Shown: positions 56,301 through 64,000, numbered from the stretch's first letter. The stretch: 64,000 bases of DNA from an uncultured Planctomycetota bacterium (GCA_964409935.1 CAYPFP010000001.1:30331-94330); one strand, 5' to 3'. Translations and numbers: made by a program. Notes: generated by a model not told the origin, from the letters alone.

Positions 56301-59300
56301 TCCTGTCGCCGACGGTGAGGTTGTGGAAACCGGTCGCGGTCGGGTAGTCCAGGCCGGTGGGGGTGAGCAGGACGACGCCGTTGCGTTGGCCGGGCAGGCT
56401 GCTGCCCATGTCGGTGGCGGGGAAGCTGACGGCCAGGCTGGCGCCCTTGGGGAAGCCGTCCGGTTCGGTGCCCGTGGCGCCGACATCGTAGGATTCGCCG
56501 TAGGCCATGACGACGTAGGCCCCGCGGGGGACGCCCTTGATGCGCCACTGGCCGGTCACCTTTGCGTCCACGGGGGTGACGGGGGGAGGATTGGTTGCCG
56601 GGTTGGGCGCGCGGACGTTGAGGATGAACTCGTTGGGCGTGGCGCCCGGCTCCCACTTGGCCTCCAGGCTGAGGGGGTCGGCGAGGGCGGGCAGGAAACG
56701 AGGGGGATCTTCCGCCGCCGTGTAGCTGGCATCCACCGTTACCTCCGACGTGGGGACCGTTCGGGTCTTGCTCCTGTCGGAGCCGTGTATTTCGGGGGCG
56801 ACCATGACTTCGTTGAGGTGCACGCCCTCGACGCCGAAGATGTCCACATTCCCCGTTTGGAGCCGCTGCTGGTAGTCAGGCCAGTTCAGAGCGGTTTCGA
56901 GGTTGGGGTACGATGTGACCAGCATGGCGGGGACGGGGAAGGTGTAGTTGGAGGCGTTGTTGTCCTGGTCCTGGAAGTCCACGATGTTGGCCCACATCTG
57001 GTCGCGCAGGATGCGGCCAAGCGTGGCGACGGGGTCGGTGGTGGTGTCCGTGGCGTCATAGGATGCCGGCTGGCCGACGAGGGTGTAGGGCCTGGCGATG
57101 CCGAGGGGCTGGAAGCTGGGGTCGGATTCGGGGACGGGGGGGACGTAAACGCCGTCGCCGGAGGATTGGTCCGTGGGGGCGCAGCGCATGGCGGGGAAGA
57201 AATACTGGTTGCTGCCCAGGCGCAGGGCGATGGTGTCCACATAACCGGCGTTGCTGTATTCGAGGCCGCCCGTGATCCGGCCGGCGCCGAAGGCGCGGCG
57301 GAAGGCGCGTTTCAGCCGGGCCACCTTCTCGGCGCCGTTGAGGGGCCTGGTGTCCTCTTCCGGGGGGTTGGCGCCGCCGATCCAACTGGTGGGCGGGTCG
57401 TACTCGCCCTGCTGGACGCGGGCGGGGTAAGGAGGGTTGGAGAAGGTGCGGGTGACCGAAAGGCTGGAGTCGGTGGCGTTCTGGGAGACCACGATGCCGT
57501 TAATGGCGTTGCTCTGGTCGGCGCGCCGCCAGCCGTTTTGAGAGCGGGGGATGTCAATGCGGCCATTGTTGTCGTTGTCCATCTGGTCGGAATGCCAGAG
57601 GTCCACGTTGATGTTCACCTTGCCGGTATCGTGGTCGGCGACGGAGACGGAGATGTCTTCGCGCACGATGCTGAAGACGCGGGAGGCCTCGGCATAGAGG
57701 TCGCCGATGTCCAGGATGGGCGTGGTGGGGTTGCCGCTGGCGTCGAGGCGGGTGGGGTCGAAGTCGCCGTTGACGTTGACGGCGACGTTGCCGCTGTTGT
57801 TGAGGATGTAACCGACGCCGAGCCGCTGGCCGATGGTGGCCTGTCCTCTGCTGCCGACCCAGGCGTCATTGGTGGGGAAGGGGGCGGCGGCGCGGCCGCC
57901 GGTAGCGCCCCAGACGAGGGCGTCAATCATCTGCTCGATGGCGGTGTAGGGGCGGTCGTCGCCGCGGGGGTAGACGGGGTCGAACTCGCGGTCGTCGTCA
58001 ATGCCCTCGATGGTTCCGCTGGCGCCGAGGGGGTAAGGCTCGTCCACGAATTGACTGGTAGTGCGGTCGTGCGGCTCCCAAAACCGTTGGGAAGGGTTCG
58101 CGCCCATCATGAAGTTGGGCACGCCGTCGTTGAAGCCCACGTTGAAATTGACGTTGGCGTTGGCGGTGGGGAATCCGATGCCCTTGTCGAGGGTGTTGGC
58201 GCCGACGACGGCGTTCCAGTTGCCGTTGTCGTCCAGGCCGTTCTCGCGGACCAGGAGGCGGCGCCTGTTGTAGATGTCCCAATCCGTCAACGTTCCGGCG
58301 GCGGGGACGTCGTGGTCGCTGTCGTCATCCACGTTGCGGCGGCCGGGGAAGAGGTCCTGGCCGTAGCGGTAGAGGATGATGGCGCGGGCGAAGCCGCGGG
58401 CCTGGGTGACGGTGAAGCCGTAGGCCTCGAAGAAGCGCACGAGGCTGACGCGGAAGGAGTCGAGCTTCATGGTGGCGTCGAGGGCGCCGTTGGCGGCGTA
58501 GAAGGCGGGGTCCCACAGGCTGCCGTGGGCGTTGAGGTTGATCTTTCCTCCCTCGTCGAGGATCATGCCCTCCACGTCGTTGCCGTCGCTGAGTTCAAGG
58601 TCGGGCAGGGCGCTGGAGAGCGCGCCGCCGGTGGTCCGATATCGGCCATCGGAGTCCTCGTCGTCGTCCTGGGCGTTGCCGCCCAGGCGGCCGCCGGCGT
58701 AGCTGACGAAGTTGGTGCGGGGTGCGCTGGCCGTTGGCACGGGGTTTCCGGTCCAAAGGGGGTAGTAACCGTCGGCGGTCTGGCCGTCGTCGTCGGTGTC
58801 ATTGGCGATATTGCGGGTGTAAACGCCGCCGGTCAGGTTGGCGTCCACGCGTTTGAGGCCCAGGTTGCCGGCGCCCATGTCGCGCAGGTCGCCGAAGCCC
58901 TCCTCCCAGACGCGGCCGTCGTTGTCCGAGGTCACGTTCTGGGTCTGGCCGTTAACATTGTCCAGAATATAGTTCCAGCTGGTTGGCGGTACGCGCGCTA
59001 GCCATATCCAGGGTTCGACTCGGCCGGCGGCGACGGTGGTGTTGGTCTGGTAAACGTATTGGAAACTCTTGCCGGCTTGGTTTTCGTTGCCCATCTGGTC
59101 GCCGCTGAAGAGGTCGTCGTTGGCGAGATTGTTGTAGTAGGAGGCGTCCCAGAAGTTGCGGGTGCGGGCGGTGTCCTTGTAGGTCATGGCCGCTGTGCGG
59201 TTGAGAGTTCTGTTGAAGTAGCTGCGGCCGTCGGGAATTCCGGGGTCTTCGTTGGGAAAGCCGTCGCCGTCGGAGTCGGCGAGCATGTTGTTGTCTTCGT

Positions 59301-59976
59301 CCACCTGGCCGTCGCGGTCGTCGTCTACGTTGGGGGCGCCGGGGCGGCCGTCCTGGTCGGGGGTGAAGCCGTCCTCGTCCACGAGGGGAGTCAGGCCGAG
59401 GGCGTTGCGCTGGTCGCGGTCCTCGTCATCGTCGGAGGCGTTGCCGCCGGGGTTGTAGCCGGGGGTGCCGGCGGTGTAGCCGTTGATGTCCTCGTCTATT
59501 TTGCCGTCGCCGTCGTCGTCAATGCCCTGGATGCCGGGATAGCCGTCGGCATTGTCGTCGCCGGGGGGGTCTTCGTTGATGTGCCAGTTGAGGTCGTAGC
59601 AGGCGCGGCGGTTGCCGTCGTTGTAGACGAGTTTGTGATAGGGGTTGGCGGCGGGCTGGTTGTTGTTGCCCTGTGAGCGATTCCAGGTGGGCTGAAGCAC
59701 GCCGCTCGTGTTGGTGGGGCAGGGCGGCGTGAACCAGGCCTCGGAGAAGTCGTCGAAGCGGGGGTCGTCCTTGGACAGGATCTCGATGGCGGCCTGAAGG
59801 CCTTCCCTGGCGGCGAACTCGGCGATCTGGCGGTCGGTCAGCGTGCGGCTGCCGGCCAGTTCGGTGCGGGAGATGAGGGCGAAGGTGACGCCCATGAGCG
59901 CCAGCACGGCCAGTACGCCGACGGCGACGATCAGGATGGAACCTCGTTGGCGGGGTCCGTCGGAATTGTAGTTCAT
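53374..59976 (-). CDS. giant GspK-like minor pseudopilin (about 2200 aa) with thrombospondin-type-3-like Asp-rich Ca-binding repeats
   Basis: N-terminus RQRG|SILIVAVGVLAVLALMGVTFALISRTELAGSRTLTDRQIAEFAAREGLQAAIEIL matches the GspK/T2SS-K N-terminal helix (Gly at -1, no Glu5); DEGGKINLN motif typical of the GspK family; DDDGDGKIDEDINGY, DDRDGQVDEDNN, DSDGDGFPNEDPG, DDDEDSDGRY repeats; ggaagga RBS before ATG 59976. Confidence 0.8.
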   Translation of the reverse strand: MNYNSDGPRQRGSILIVAVGVLAVLALMGVTFALISRTELAGSRTLTDRQIAEFAAREGLQAAIEILSKDDPRFDDFSEAWFTPPCPTNTSGVLQPTWNRSQGNNNQPAANPYHKLVYNDGNRRACYDLNWHINEDPPGDDNADGYPGIQGIDDDGDGKIDEDINGYTAGTPGYNPGGNASDDDEDRDQRNALGLTPLVDEDGFTPDQDGRPGAPNVDDDRDGQVDEDNNMLADSDGDGFPNEDPGIPDGRSYFNRTLNRTAAMTYKDTARTRNFWDASYYNNLANDDLFSGDQMGNENQAGKSFQYVYQTNTTVAAGRVEPWIWLARVPPTSWNYILDNVNGQTQNVTSDNDGRVWEEGFGDLRDMGAGNLGLKRVDANLTGGVYTRNIANDTDDDGQTADGYYPLWTGNPVPTASAPRTNFVSYAGGRLGGNAQDDDEDSDGRYRTTGGALSSALPDLELSDGNDVEGMILDEGGKINLNAHGSLWDPAFYAANGALDATMKLDSFRVSLVRFFEAYGFTVTQARGFARAIILYRYGQDLFPGRRNVDDDSDHDVPAAGTLTDWDIYNRRRLLVRENGLDDNGNWNAVVGANTLDKGIGFPTANANVNFNVGFNDGVPNFMMGANPSQRFWEPHDRTTSQFVDEPYPLGASGTIEGIDDDREFDPVYPRGDDRPYTAIEQMIDALVWGATGGRAAAPFPTNDAWVGSRGQATIGQRLGVGYILNNSGNVAVNVNGDFDPTRLDASGNPTTPILDIGDLYAEASRVFSIVREDISVSVADHDTGKVNINVDLWHSDQMDNDNNGRIDIPRSQNGWRRADQSNAINGIVVSQNATDSSLSVTRTFSNPPYPARVQQGEYDPPTSWIGGANPPEEDTRPLNGAEKVARLKRAFRRAFGAGRITGGLEYSNAGYVDTIALRLGSNQYFFPAMRCAPTDQSSGDGVYVPPVPESDPSFQPLGIARPYTLVGQPASYDATDTTTDPVATLGRILRDQMWANIVDFQDQDNNASNYTFPVPAMLVTSYPNLETALNWPDYQQRLQTGNVDIFGVEGVHLNEVMVAPEIHGSDRSKTRTVPTSEVTVDASYTAAEDPPRFLPALADPLSLEAKWEPGATPNEFILNVRAPNPATNPPPVTPVDAKVTGQWRIKGVPRGAYVVMAYGESYDVGATGTEPDGFPKGASLAVSFPATDMGSSLPGQRNGVVLLTPTGLDYPTATGFHNLTVGDRNFRRFHVPVKDANTGTVNLTDESAGVDNIYGFVTYPDNTIPSIGKPLPRGGRKSMAIRVDADPNVGFVIRVRGISRWDPAGGVANKFAKFYSLRFVCPYAELVNIGKKPIPLALSPGGLLAFKLVMRTPTPSLVDVNNYFLYDDRSGRPLRPGFWLGNDPKTTQNETALFYDVKAGAQRATTFIPPATADGMFPTNFGYYVVALSEAAYCGTFGAGAVSDYYAATPGYVISNVGWGRVGEEDYPVQFMEFPSNFTTTPPSPIREIDQLFGLWNRDQGTTSNPVTVWGRSEIWGPTIPGRAQPLQFQVAGGEIDLWAGASSMNFTSRQVAAITTGDKASAATDRYDYCAIEKTAPVVPNAGHANASMKRFMPVNASDPQARAGMNAAWLQIDPDFNSTKANLFQRQAASYDMSQNLWWRSSQRNLWRPDPASTTNDPPDVETGRRRLRNWNKNYMYFYDAGNVFGRKYLYPGHVDDMASAPAWFRDLPAGTRRPGNQNDHHWMDHVELRMAIDNRTVPVVLDNAFPSVGWLAFVHSPMGPWKNMAPILPEERVGENDVARLFVENPANGQNRGPCYYDDNILTRLIGLSGGLTATYAAGTLNTDYSFRPSPFTTWVLNTTIPNQRNALWTARTNFAAPLYLRPTVFPRPQTASTTNYAWVERTPDWREIATVWPHGRARAKININTASMPVLAAVFPTSMAADIIRHRPYRDILDVCGFSGYIGLSGSGTPPAPGDNATINLETPELRRRILPTSCRYTNAVSAELNNVILPLRSDRGVAPIAPQGFGLGVNFEVLRGDPFFTRNAFYTLLKTPRQFNVSPDSDTQTLRDRVYQRDWSVRTGTTAIRNGGRADNSAYNYPINLGSGSWFNPLDFDDTGAGYLNDDLADDIAERMEWFSRYWNVLDIKSRFFTVVARGRVFNPSGQLAEARIRALVERTDIVNNLNAQPLATGLPTPGADGVTDGVKAQTSRFVTEY
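59240..59640 (-). repeat. region encoding Asp-rich calcium-binding (TSP3-like) repeats in the giant gene
   Basis: Clusters of gacgac/gatgac codons on the coding strand; protein motifs DxDxDGxxD. Confidence 0.5.
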
Positions 59977-60009
59977 CAGACTTGTTCCTTCCAGGGGCGG
60001 TAACAAACA

Positions 60010-60047
60010 GGTTTCGGGTTTCTGGTTTCTGGTGCCTGGTTATCTGG
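60010..60047. repeat. array of 7-bp tandem repeats (GGTTTCG/GGTTTCT x5)
   Basis: GGTTTCG GGTTTCT GGTTTCT GGTGCCT GGTTATC; reverse complement of the array at 60489-60540; overlaps the stop codon of the four-helix-bundle gene. Confidence 0.8.
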
Positions 60048-60450
60048 CAGATTCGGTAGTTTTCTTGTACTTGAGACCCTTTATCTGCGAAACACGAAGA
60101 TAGCGCATCAATCCGGCGATCATCCGGCCGGTTCTGCGCGTCAGGGCATACAAATCCTGGAAGACGTCCGGCTCGACATATTCCTGGTCCAAAGCGACGT
60201 ACAACTGGCTAGCGACTTCGCCCGAGGAGGCCGTGGCGTTGGAGAGGAATTGGAGAAACTCCTTGTTTCCGTCTCGCTCAAACCCTTCGGCAATATTGGA
60301 CATAATGGATATGCAGGCTCTGCGAATCTGGTCACGAAGCGCGTAATCCTTGGAGAACGCGCCCTGATTGGAAACCTTATAGATGTCACGGCTCAGTTCC
60401 CGCGCCGTCTGCCAGGCTTCTATGTCCTCAAATCTCTTGAAGGTAGCCAT
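60040..60450 (-). CDS. four-helix-bundle protein (23S rRNA intervening-sequence protein family, TIGR02436-like)
   Basis: 136 aa; MATFKRFEDIEAWQTARELSRDIYKVSN...ALRDQIRRACISIMSNIAEGFER...EFLQFLSNATASSGEVASQLYVALDQEY is the characteristic pattern; lower GC than its flanks. Confidence 0.8.
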   Translation of the reverse strand: MATFKRFEDIEAWQTARELSRDIYKVSNQGAFSKDYALRDQIRRACISIMSNIAEGFERDGNKEFLQFLSNATASSGEVASQLYVALDQEYVEPDVFQDLYALTRRTGRMIAGLMRYLRVSQIKGLKYKKTTESAR

Positions 60451-60488
60451 CTTGGCTGCCCCTGTGCCTCAGGATTCGAGTAGCAGGA

Positions 60489-60540
60489 CCCGAAACCCGA
60501 AACCCGAAACCAGAAACCCTAAACCCGAAACCCGAAACCT
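60489..60540. repeat. array of 7-bp tandem repeats (CGAAACC x7 with variants)
   Basis: CGAAACC CGAAACC CGAAACC AGAAACC CTAAACC CGAAACC CGAAACC; begins 3 nt after the pseudopilin stop. Confidence 0.8.
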
Positions 60541-60543
60541 CCG

Positions 60544-61578
60544 TCACAAATCCCCCCTCCGGGGTCCCAGCGCCTTGATGTAGGAGGGGATGAAGATGAC
60601 CTGGCGGAAGACTATGCCGACCTCGTCCACGCGGAAGTCGGCCTGCTTCAGGCCGTCGCCGGGGTAGTCGTCGGTTCGACCGGGAGCGAGGAACTGGGCT
60701 CTGGGCCGGGGTTCGTCGCGTCCGTCGGTGATTTCCGTGGAGTAAAAGTCCGTCCATTCGTATTCGTTGGGGTCGGCGATGCGCAGGGTGACCTGGACGG
60801 CGGCGGGGATGCGGGCGCGAGCGGCCTGGTCGCTGTCGAAGGCCCAGGACGTGTTGGCTCCGGCGCCGGAACGATTCACCAGGTTGTAGGCCATGCCTCG
60901 CGTCGGCGGCCAGAAGTCGAACCAGTGCGTTTCTCTCTCGCCGCTCAGCCAGACTCGCTGGTCGGAGTTCTGATTGAAGCCGTCCACCTGGTAGTACCGC
61001 AACTGGAATTCGCGCACGTTGAAGCCCAGGGCGCTGAAGTCAAAGCGGGGCGAGGGGTTCGCGGGGGTGGGGTCGTGGACGAGGACGGCGGCAAGGTCGG
61101 CCGCCGTGGTCGGCCCGGTGAGGAGTCGGCGCGAGACGCCTTTTTCCAGGACGTGGCGGCCGGTGACGCAGTAGACGACCTCGACGGGGGTGCCGAAGTT
61201 GGAGGATTCGGTGGTGGTGCGGAACCAGAGCATGTCGGGGTAGCAGTAGGGGACGCTGGTCCTGCTGGTGTCGCACAGGATGTTGAAGAACGGGACGCGC
61301 GGCACCCAGGTGCTGGAGTAGGTGTAGGCGCGGTTCCAGCCGATGAAGACGTTGCCGCTCTCGTCCACGACGGCGCCTTGCAGGTCGCGCTGCATGGTGT
61401 CAACGATGGCGCGGACCGTCTGGTAGATGGCGATGCGGGCGTCGGCGCTCGAGAGCATGTTTCCGGCGCTGCTGAAGATGGTGTAGAGCATGATGGTGAT
61501 GATGGTCATGAGGCCGGCGGCGACGGTGAGTTCGACGAGGGTGAACGCCGCGGCGGCCTTTGATTTGAGTTTCTTCAT
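60544..61578 (-). CDS. prepilin-type N-terminal cleavage/methylation domain protein (GspJ-like minor pseudopilin, 344 aa)
   Basis: KAAAAFTLVELTVAAGLMTIITIML N-terminus (FTLxE core, Ala at -1). Confidence 0.75.
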   Translation of the reverse strand: MKKLKSKAAAAFTLVELTVAAGLMTIITIMLYTIFSSAGNMLSSADARIAIYQTVRAIVDTMQRDLQGAVVDESGNVFIGWNRAYTYSSTWVPRVPFFNILCDTSRTSVPYCYPDMLWFRTTTESSNFGTPVEVVYCVTGRHVLEKGVSRRLLTGPTTAADLAAVLVHDPTPANPSPRFDFSALGFNVREFQLRYYQVDGFNQNSDQRVWLSGERETHWFDFWPPTRGMAYNLVNRSGAGANTSWAFDSDQAARARIPAAVQVTLRIADPNEYEWTDFYSTEITDGRDEPRPRAQFLAPGRTDDYPGDGLKQADFRVDEVGIVFRQVIFIPSYIKALGPRRGDL

Positions 61579-61643
61579 GCGACCTTCCTTTTCGTGATGC
61601 GCGTGACGTGGAGAACGACTCGCGCGATACGCACGCCCTTTCG

Positions 61644-63017
61644 TCAGAAGAACGACGAGATGGTGCTTGTCGAGACGCCGATGAGCGTCTGCGGCGACTG
61701 GTCCTGTATCGTCCGCATATGGTTATAGTTGAGGAAGACCAGCACGTCCACGCGGGCGCCGAGGGGAACGGAGGCTTCCTTGCCCCTGCGGGCCGGTTCG
61801 GGGGAGAAGGCGTCGCGGGGGATGGGGATCGGCGCTATGGCCCAGGCGTTGACGTTTGCGTTGACGTCTTCGGAATTGCTCATGATGATGGCGTAGGAAT
61901 ACGAGGAGCCGGCGATGGTGGCTTCGGGGTCGTTGAGCCAGTCTTTGCGGTTGGCGCCGAAGGGGATGGTCTGGTCCGGTTCCGCGTTGCCTGCGCCGAA
62001 GTTCGAGGCGGTGGGCCTGCCGGTCACGGCGTCGGGAGGGCCGAAGGGGAAGACGGCGCTGACTTCCCTGGCGCCCAGGATGACGAAGCTGTCGTTGCGG
62101 CGCACGCGTCCGTTCAGGGCGTCGCCGGTGTTGAGCCAGTTGTTGTTGGCCGGCTCGGCGGCGCTGAAAATGCCGCGGGTGACGTTGACGCTGCTGGCGG
62201 TGTTGGAGGTGACGGGGAGCACCTTGCCCTTGGCCAGGCCGCTGGTGAAGACGACGAAGAAACGGGCGTCCACGCCGGCGGCGGCGCCGGTTCTGGAGAA
62301 CTCGTTGGGGGTCCAGTTGACATAGCCGGTGGTTCCGAAGTTATCGTCCGCCGCGTCCATCCGCTTGGCCGTGATGCTGTTGCCGGAGGCGGAGACGACG
62401 CGCGCCATGCGGGGACTGCCGGGGGAGCGCGGCAAGGCCCACTTGGTGATGACGAAGCACGAGCTGTTGTCCAGCGGCATGGGGCGGTTGAGAGGGTCGA
62501 GGAAGGGAGAGCTGACCGTGACATGGAAGGAGGCCGCATAGGCCATGGAGGTGCTGTCAATCCTCCGGACCTGGCCGGCGCCCGTGCCGGAGGTCACCAG
62601 CAGGTAGTGGCCCGCCCGGCTGGTGTACATGAAGGGGTACTGGGCCTGCGCGCGCCAGTCCACGCCCGCTCCGGAGGCGGCGCCGGGGCTGATCTCGCAG
62701 TAGACGGTGGTGGGGGTCTGCGTGATGGCGGTGGAGTTGGCGGCGACGCGGTACCAGGGATTTCGCAGGCGGTAGTCGAAGACCTCGCTGGTGTTCACCA
62801 TGTAGTTGACTTGCGCGAAGGCCGTTTGCGAGGCCAGGTAGACGACCTTGTTGTTGATGGCGCGCGTGGTGGCATCGAGTCCCACGGGGAACAGGGACAT
62901 GACGCCCACGATGCCCAGGACCATGATGAACATGGCGATGAGGATTTCGGTGAGCGTAAAGCCCGCGGCCGCCGTGGTTTTCGCTTGTCGGTTCATTGGC
63001 ATCTTTCGTTCTTGCAT
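61644..63017 (-). CDS. prepilin-type N-terminal cleavage/methylation domain protein (expanded minor pseudopilin, 457 aa)
   Basis: TAAAGFTLTEILIAMFIMVLGIVGV is a canonical G|FTLxE prepilin signal. Confidence 0.8.
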   Translation of the reverse strand: MQERKMPMNRQAKTTAAAGFTLTEILIAMFIMVLGIVGVMSLFPVGLDATTRAINNKVVYLASQTAFAQVNYMVNTSEVFDYRLRNPWYRVAANSTAITQTPTTVYCEISPGAASGAGVDWRAQAQYPFMYTSRAGHYLLVTSGTGAGQVRRIDSTSMAYAASFHVTVSSPFLDPLNRPMPLDNSSCFVITKWALPRSPGSPRMARVVSASGNSITAKRMDAADDNFGTTGYVNWTPNEFSRTGAAAGVDARFFVVFTSGLAKGKVLPVTSNTASSVNVTRGIFSAAEPANNNWLNTGDALNGRVRRNDSFVILGAREVSAVFPFGPPDAVTGRPTASNFGAGNAEPDQTIPFGANRKDWLNDPEATIAGSSYSYAIIMSNSEDVNANVNAWAIAPIPIPRDAFSPEPARRGKEASVPLGARVDVLVFLNYNHMRTIQDQSPQTLIGVSTSTISSFF

Positions 63018-63072
63018 AGGCGAGGGGTCAGGCGGCTGGCGGGTCCGGTCCTGAACGCCCCAACCCGGTCAT

Positions 63073-63894
63073 TCACATCACCTGCACGACCCCGCCGGTC
63101 TGGGGGAAGAAGATGATCCATGCGCCGCCGGCGAAGATGGGCGCGCCGGTCGAATGGGGGCGGTTGGGGGTGTACTTTCCGCGTTCCACGACGAGGAACG
63201 CCCGCCGCCCGTTGTTTTCGAACTGGATGCTCGTGACGTACATGATCTCGTCGTCAATGAGGATGTAGCCCGTGGCCTCGATGCTGTGGCTGGTGCTGAT
63301 CTCGATGCGCGTCTGGAAGGCGTCTACATCGCCCAGGAGCGCGCCGACCGTGCCGCCGCCGACGGATGTGACGATGCCGCCGGTGGGCTTTGCGTAGCGA
63401 GAGGCGGCCTCCGCCTTGACATCGGTGACGTACTTGCCCGTGCCGTCCTTGTCGAAGGTGAGGACCATGACGGGGCGGGCGCCGTTGGAGTAGCCGGCCT
63501 GGATGGCGGCGGTGTTGTCGCCGATGGCTCTGGAGAGATTGACGTCGCGTCTCCAGTGGTTATCGGGGACGCGGAAGGTGATGCCTTCGGGGAGGACGAC
63601 GGGGGCGTCCACCGGCACGTATTGAGAGTCGGTCACGACGCAGAACCGTTCGCCATGGTAGACGATGAGAGAAGCGGTGGAGTTGGTGGCGATGGCGTGA
63701 TGGCGGGCCTGGAGCGTGGCGGCGTGGAGCTGGCGTGCCGCATGGCGCTCCCGGCTGCGGCTGATCATGGGGCTGGTCGCCACGATGGAGACGAGGGCGA
63801 GCAGGATGACGATGCCGATGACGGTGAGCATCTCGGCCAGCGTAAAGGCTTGGTCGCGTCGGCGGTACGGCATCGCGATTCGATCCATTTTCAT
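63073..63894 (-). CDS. GspH-like pseudopilin
   Basis: gcaggagg RBS then ATG AAA ATG; RRRDQAFTLAEMLTVIGIVILLALVSIV...SRERHAARQLHAATLQARHHAIA resembles GspH. Confidence 0.75.
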   Translation of the reverse strand: MKMDRIAMPYRRRDQAFTLAEMLTVIGIVILLALVSIVATSPMISRSRERHAARQLHAATLQARHHAIATNSTASLIVYHGERFCVVTDSQYVPVDAPVVLPEGITFRVPDNHWRRDVNLSRAIGDNTAAIQAGYSNGARPVMVLTFDKDGTGKYVTDVKAEAASRYAKPTGGIVTSVGGGTVGALLGDVDAFQTRIEISTSHSIEATGYILIDDEIMYVTSIQFENNGRRAFLVVERGKYTPNRPHSTGAPIFAGGAWIIFFPQTGGVVQVM

Positions 63895-63908
63895 TGCAGC
63901 CTCCTGCA

Positions 63909-64000
63909 TTATCTGCTTCCCCAGTTATTTACATCATCGGCGGCTTCGCCGAGCATATTCAGTTCGGGGGCGTCGTCCACCGCGCCGTTCATGTCGTCGT
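63909..64000 (-). CDS. 3' end of an upstream gene of the same operon (partial)
   Basis: In-frame ...DDMNGAVDDAPELNMLGEAADDVNNWGSR then TAA (63911-63909), followed directly by the RBS of the GspH-like gene. Confidence 0.35.
   Translation of the reverse strand, partial: DDMNGAVDDAPELNMLGEAADDVNNWGSR

Larger units (their letters stand above)
60010..60540 (-). mobile_element. IVS-like cassette: four-helix-bundle protein gene flanked by inverted heptamer-repeat arrays
   Basis: Low-GC segment inserted exactly between the stop of the J-like pseudopilin gene (60544) and the RBS of the giant gene; flanking arrays are mutual reverse complements. Confidence 0.45.

Noticed and set aside
54184-59001. 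1605-aa plus-strand ORF opposite the giant pseudopilin gene
   Set aside because: Extremely Gly/Ala/Val-rich and lacking start context; the minus-strand frame has the GspK-like N-terminus, Ca-binding repeats and an RBS.
60010-60540. Heptamer repeat arrays considered as a CRISPR array
   Set aside because: Repeats are only 7 bp, directly tandem with no spacers, and occur as two inverted blocks flanking an ORF; not CRISPR-like.

Overview
High-GC (about 65-70%) bacterial chromosomal window, densely coding on both strands. About 43 protein genes are supported; no rRNA, tRNA or CRISPR array was recognised. The gene content (several prepilin-type pseudopilins, GH109-like Tat-signal Gfo/Idh/MocA oxidoreductases, many secreted carbohydrate-active proteins, AsmA-like paralogs) points to a PVC-superphylum-like organism (Planctomycetota/Verrucomicrobiota/Kiritimatiellota/Lentisphaerota); this is inference only.

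Housekeeping genes present: purN, dnaK, rsmE, pckG (GTP-PEPCK), a J-domain protein and an MsbA-like ABC exporter. Accessory content includes a minus-strand sugar-acid-like operon (HpcH aldolase, D-2-hydroxyacid dehydrogenase, BNR/Asp-box sialidase-like protein with a LamG domain), several secreted esterases and glycoside-hydrolase/lyase-like giants, a HepT/MNT toxin-antitoxin pair in a low-GC patch, a cluster of three AsmA/TamB-like proteins, and three paralogous URO-D-family proteins interleaved with a heparinase II/III-like lyase. A PqqD-like RiPP recognition element is cut by the left window edge.

The most unusual region is 53.4-64.0 kb on the minus strand. It is a gspH/I/J/K-like minor-pseudopilin operon whose GspK-like terminal gene is expanded to about 2200 aa, with thrombospondin-type-3-like Asp-rich calcium-binding repeats. 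It is interrupted between the J-like and K-like genes by a low-GC cassette encoding a four-helix-bundle (23S rRNA intervening-sequence-type) protein, flanked by inverted arrays of 7-bp tandem repeats. It is followed by a small Pro/Ala-repeat lipoprotein driven by a near-consensus sigma70 promoter.

Several near-consensus TTGACA-17-TATAAT-like promoters and clean rho-independent terminators are visible. Many long ORFs in the supplied track are antisense artefacts of the GC-rich coding strand and were rejected.
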